Assembly (NCBI GenBank): GCA_963715335.1
Contig: CAVQRZ010000025.1
Location: 64,001-128,000 of the forward strand
DNA from: an uncultured delta proteobacterium
GTDB taxonomy: Bacteria; Desulfobacterota; Desulfuromonadia; Desulfuromonadales; BM103
Length of the DNA: 64,000 nucleotides
Direction: 5' to 3'
The position numbers and the translations under genes were made by a program. How positions within the stretch are numbered: the first letter of the stretch is position 1; each line of letters begins with the position of its first letter. Positions 60,484 through 64,000 of this stretch are shown here, piece by piece. Below the pieces are notes generated by a model. That model was not told the DNA's origin. It saw nothing but the letters and a program-made list of their open reading frames with translations, and did no database searches.

Positions 60484-61547
60484 ATCAACAGGATTTTAGT
60501 TTTTTCAAGGAACTTGTCGAGGCTCCGAGTCCGTCCGGCTTCGAGCAGCCTGCCCAACGGGTCATTCGCAAGGCACTGGCCGATGTTGCTGATGATATCC
60601 GTACCGATGTAATGGGCAACGTGGTCGCGCACATTGAGGGACCTGAAGGCGCCCCGCGCCTAATGCTGGCGGGTCATTGCGATGAAATCGGCTTCATGAT
60701 CAAATATATAGACGACCAGGGGTATCTGTTCTTTGCGCCGATCGGCGGAGTTGATGCGCATCTCGTGCCGGGGCAGAGGGTGACGGTACACACAAAATCC
60801 GGCCCCGTTCTGGGCGTGGTAGGCAAACGTCCGATCCACCAGATCGAGCCGCAGGACCGTGACAAAGTGATGCCGTTCAAAAACCAGTTCATCGATGTCG
60901 GCTGCGTGGACAAGGAGATGGCCACAACCTTGGTGTCGATCGGTGACCCGGTGACTTTCAGCGTCGGTGTCGAACGTCTGCAGGGCACGCGCCTGACTTC
61001 GCGGGCTCTGGATGACAAGATGGGTGCGTTTATCGTCGCTCAGGTCCTGAGGGAAGTCCGTCGCCAGAACAATCTGGTGGTGGATCTCTACGGAGTGTCG
61101 ACGGTACAGGAGGAGGTTGGCTTGCGCGGCGGGGCGACCAGCGCCTACGGAGTGCAGCCCGATATCGGCATCGCCGTTGAGGTTGGTTTCGCCAGTGACT
61201 ATCCTGACGCAGATCACAAACACTCAGGAGAGATAAGCCTTGGCAAAGGTCCGATTATCGCCCGGGGGCCGAATATCAATCCCGCACTCTTCGACCTTCT
61301 GGTGTCGACTGCCAAGGCGGAAGCAATCCCTTACCAGGTGATCGGTATCCCGCGTGCCACCGGAACCGACGCCAACGTGATGCAGCTGGTCCATGGTGGT
61401 GTTGCAACCGCCCTGGTCAGCATCCCGCTACGCTATATGCATACGCCGGTTGAAGTCCTTGACTGGGCTGACCTTGAAGGTGCGGTCAAACTCCTGTCCA
61501 GCCTTTGCGGCAGGCTGACGGAGAAGAGTTCTTTTATCCCGGCCTGA
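60480..61547 (+). CDS. M42 family metallo-aminopeptidase
   Basis: SPSGFE, AGHCDEIG, ALDDK, QEEVGLRG, GTDA and RYMHTPVE motifs. Confidence 0.93.
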   Translation: MNQQDFSFFKELVEAPSPSGFEQPAQRVIRKALADVADDIRTDVMGNVVAHIEGPEGAPRLMLAGHCDEIGFMIKYIDDQGYLFFAPIGGVDAHLVPGQRVTVHTKSGPVLGVVGKRPIHQIEPQDRDKVMPFKNQFIDVGCVDKEMATTLVSIGDPVTFSVGVERLQGTRLTSRALDDKMGAFIVAQVLREVRRQNNLVVDLYGVSTVQEEVGLRGGATSAYGVQPDIGIAVEVGFASDYPDADHKHSGEISLGKGPIIARGPNINPALFDLLVSTAKAEAIPYQVIGIPRATGTDANVMQLVHGGVATALVSIPLRYMHTPVEVLDWADLEGAVKLLSSLCGRLTEKSSFIPA

Positions 61548-61595
61548 GCGTTTCCCGGCCGTCGGAATAAAGTCTTGTGACGGTCGAAAAAACGC

Positions 61596-61624
61596 TTGAC
61601 AACACAAGGTGTTTTGAATACATT
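61596..61624 (+). promoter_or_regulatory. Sigma70 promoter of rplM-rpsI
   Basis: TTGACA-17 nt-TACATT. Confidence 0.7.
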
Positions 61625-61677
61625 TCGTGTTTCTGTGAGCCCCGTAAACTTACAGATTCGATATAGAGAGGTCAGTA

Positions 61678-62106
61678 ATGAGCACTTCAGTTGCGAAAAA
61701 AGATGAACTCCAGAAGGACTGGTATGTCGTCGATCTGGAAGACAAGGTCCTAGGCCGGGCAGCTACCGAGATTGCCCGTGTCCTGCGCGGCAAACACAAG
61801 GCTATTTACACCCCGAGCGTTGATACCGGTGATTTCGTTATCGTCCTCAATGCCGAGAAGGTCTGTCTGACCGGTAACAAGCTGAGTCAGAAAAAGTACT
61901 ATCGTCACAGCGGTTTTACCGGCGGCTTGACGACAATTACTGCAGACAAGTTGCTTGAAAAGGCCCCTGAAGAACTGATCAGGAGAGCCGTCAAGGGGAT
62001 GTTGCCGAAGAACAAGCTCGGCCGTCAGATGTTCAGAAAACTTAAAGTCTATTGCGGTGCCGATCATCCGCATGAGGCACAGCAACCCAAAGAACTTCAG
62101 GTTTAA
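61678..62106 (+). CDS. rplM: 50S ribosomal protein L13
   Basis: WYVVD...LGR.A, LRGKHK..YTP.VD.GD and GMLPK motifs. Confidence 0.99.
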   Translation: MSTSVAKKDELQKDWYVVDLEDKVLGRAATEIARVLRGKHKAIYTPSVDTGDFVIVLNAEKVCLTGNKLSQKKYYRHSGFTGGLTTITADKLLEKAPEELIRRAVKGMLPKNKLGRQMFRKLKVYCGADHPHEAQQPKELQV

Positions 62107-62129
62107 GGGAATTCAGGAGAAATTAGACG

Positions 62130-62522
62130 ATGGCCGAACCGAAATTTTACGCCACCGGCAGGAGAAAGACCTCTGTCGCCCGTGTCTGGATGAAGCCGGG
62201 AACAGGTGCAATTACTATTAACAAGCGGACGATGGATGAGTACTTCGGTCGCCCGACCTCCAAGATGGTTGTGCGCCAGCCGCTCGAACTGACCGACAAT
62301 GTCGGCAAGTTCGACATCGACGTCAACGTTTGCGGCGGGGGCCCTTCCGGTCAGGCCGGTGCGATCAAGCACGGTATCACCAAGGCCCTGCTCGATGTTG
62401 ACCCGAAGCTTCGTGCTGCGCTGAAAAAAGCCGGGTTCATTACCCGCGACAGTCGTATCAAGGAACGTAAGAAGTACGGTAAACGCGCTGCGCGCCGCAG
62501 CTTCCAGTTCTCCAAGCGTTAA
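62130..62522 (+). CDS. rpsI: 30S ribosomal protein S9
   Basis: [20 protein letters not shown] and ERKKYG...QFSKR motifs. Confidence 0.99.
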   Translation: MAEPKFYATGRRKTSVARVWMKPGTGAITINKRTMDEYFGRPTSKMVVRQPLELTDNVGKFDIDVNVCGGGPSGQAGAIKHGITKALLDVDPKLRAALKKAGFITRDSRIKERKKYGKRAARRSFQFSKR

Positions 62523-62561
62523 TGACTTGCGACCTTGCGGTCGCTATGATATTTGCTGGAT

Positions 62562-62590
62562 AGAGGGAAACCTGCGGGTTTCCCTCTTTT
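62562..62590 (+). terminator. Intrinsic terminator after rpsI
   Basis: AGAGGGAAACC-tgcg-GGTTTCCCTCT followed by TTT. Confidence 0.8.
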
Positions 62591-62611
62591 CGTTTATCAA
62601 GGAGATAAGCT

Positions 62612-63649
62612 ATGCATCGGATTGCTGTCGTTGGTGCAAGTGGATACACCGGGGCAGAGCTCTTGCGTCTGCTCGTCCAGCACCCGGAAACCGAGCTGGT
62701 ATGCGTAACCTCGCGTCAGCATGCGGGCCAACCTGTGGCTGAGATATTCCCCTCTCTGCAAAGGCTTCAGGATTTGACCTTCGAGGATCTCGACCCTGTA
62801 GGGCTGGCCAGTCGTGTTGACCTGGTCTTTACCGCCGTGCCTCATCAGACTGCCATGAGCATGATCCCGGAGTTGCTTGGTGGCGGCTGCCGGGTCGTCG
62901 ACCTGTCCGCCGATTTTCGTCTCAGGGATGTCTCTGTCTACGAAGCCTGGTATCAGGCGCACACGGCCCCCGATCTGCTGTCCGAGGCGGTTTACGGTCT
63001 GCCTGAGCTGTTTCGTGAACATCTCCCTGCAGCCAGGCTGGTCGCCAACCCCGGTTGTTATCCAACCAGTATCGCTCTGGCTTTGACGCCTTTGCTGGAG
63101 GAGAAGAAGGTCGACCTGGCGACGATTATTGTCGACAGCAAGTCCGGGACCAGCGGCGCCGGCCGTTCGGCAAAGCTGGATACGATCTTCTGCGAAGTCA
63201 ATGAAGGTTTCAAGGCATATGGACTGCCGCGGCACCGGCACACCCCTGAGATCGAGCAGACTCTCAGTATGGTCTCGGGTGAGGCTGTGACAATCAGTTT
63301 TACTCCGCACCTGCTGCCGGTCAACCGCGGCATCCTGAGTACTTGCTATGCCTCTCTTGCCGACTCCTCCAGCCTCGACCAATTGCACGAGCTCTATCTC
63401 CGCAGGTATGCCGCAGAAACCTTTGTCCGGGTTCTGCCGAAAGGGCATCTGCCGAATATCTCCCAGGTCACGGGCAGTAATTTCTGTGACATTGGCCTGG
63501 CGGTTGACGACCGTACCGGTCGAGTGATAGTGGTTTCAGTGATTGACAACCTGGTCAAGGGCGCCGCAGGGCAGGCGTTGCAGAACATGAACCTCATGCT
63601 TGGCCTGCCGGAGCAAACGGGCCTGATGATGGCTCCAAGTTTTCCTTAA
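62612..63649 (+). CDS. argC: N-acetyl-gamma-glutamyl-phosphate reductase
   Basis: [36 protein letters not shown] and [11 protein letters not shown] motifs. Confidence 0.97.
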   Translation: MHRIAVVGASGYTGAELLRLLVQHPETELVCVTSRQHAGQPVAEIFPSLQRLQDLTFEDLDPVGLASRVDLVFTAVPHQTAMSMIPELLGGGCRVVDLSADFRLRDVSVYEAWYQAHTAPDLLSEAVYGLPELFREHLPAARLVANPGCYPTSIALALTPLLEEKKVDLATIIVDSKSGTSGAGRSAKLDTIFCEVNEGFKAYGLPRHRHTPEIEQTLSMVSGEAVTISFTPHLLPVNRGILSTCYASLADSSSLDQLHELYLRRYAAETFVRVLPKGHLPNISQVTGSNFCDIGLAVDDRTGRVIVVSVIDNLVKGAAGQALQNMNLMLGLPEQTGLMMAPSFP

Positions 63650-63664
63650 ACTGTAAATCATCCA

Positions 63665-63703
63665 ACAACAAAGGCCACCCGGTTACCGGGTGGCCTTTGT
63701 TGT
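63665..63703. terminator. Bidirectional terminator between convergent argC and the HD-GYP gene
   Basis: 18-bp perfect stem ACAACAAAGGCCACCCGG-tta-CCGGGTGGCCTTTGTTGT. Confidence 0.8.
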
Positions 63704-63812
63704 CTCTCCTGTTTGCAACGTGTGGCTCGTGATTTGTCTTACCCCTGGCCCTGAACCACTCGGGCCAATGAGACTTCCAAGCGAACGTCTACGGCCTTCA
63801 TCAGCTTTTGCG

Positions 63813-64000
63813 CTAATCTGGAAGCGGGCCTTCATGACTCATTTCGACGAATGCCGCAGCCACTTCCGGATCGAATTGAGTGCCGGAATGATCCTGAATC
63901 TCCCGGATGGCAACCTCATCGGATAACGCTTTACGGTACGGTCGGTCAGATGTCATCGCATCGAAAGTATCACAGACAGCGAGAATCTTGCCTTCAATCC
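63813..64000 (-). CDS. C-terminal part of an HD-GYP cyclic-dinucleotide phosphodiesterase (not in the ORF track; runs off the window)
   Basis: Manual translation of the minus strand: IEGKILAVCDTFDAMTSDRPYRKALSDEVAIREIQDHSGTQFDPEVAAAF...; stop TAG at 63813-63815. Confidence 0.9.
   Translation of the reverse strand, partial: IEGKILAVCDTFDAMTSDRPYRKALSDEVAIREIQDHSGTQFDPEVAAAFVEMSHEGPLPD

Noticed and set aside
63690..63926. 78-aa plus-strand ORF after argC
   Set aside because: It starts within the terminator stem and overlaps the HD-GYP C-terminus on the minus strand, which has clear motifs.

Overview
Mostly core-genome chromosomal DNA from a Desulfuromonadales-like deltaproteobacterium. The taxon is inferred from gene content and order, and GC is in the mid-50s % by eye. 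About 58 CDS are present, nearly all on the + strand. In order: ndk-rlmN-mtnP-pfkB-hyp-pilF/tgl-rodZ-REC-PNP; a REC/Usp/hybrid kinase block; FAD oxidoreductase-YhaM-MBL-coaBC; Zn-PLC; UDG-fetAB-Nim/PNPOx; mscS; a sigma54 activator; pyc; a Cys-rich hypothetical; livKHMGF; leuB-asd-ecfT-truA; guaBA; an accessory-looking InaA/WYL/transglutaminase/hypothetical block; maf-dnaE-accA-pfkB-rlpA-DUF1820-PAS kinase; tgt divergent from a solo Cas6-like gene; Zn-ribbon; AMMECR1; OYE; typA; TPR lipoprotein; miaB-M42; rplM-rpsI-argC; and the 3' end of an HD-GYP gene. I saw no rRNA, tRNA, CRISPR array, integrase or transposase. The best leads are: (1) an orphan Cas6-fold gene with no array or other cas genes, flanked by tgt and AMMECR1; (2) a WYL regulator with a DriD/PafBC-like GAC-N7-GTC box in front of an unknown 122-aa gene; (3) a ~90-nt tract of ~98% AT between livF and leuB; (4) a Zn-ribbon protein with an IF1/zeta-like N-terminal helix; (5) heptamer-repeat hairpins flanking guaB and a possibly permuted ~27.6-kb block; (6) several degenerate pseudo-enzymes (EcfT, M48, PNP). 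All family calls come from motif recognition by eye; no searches were run.
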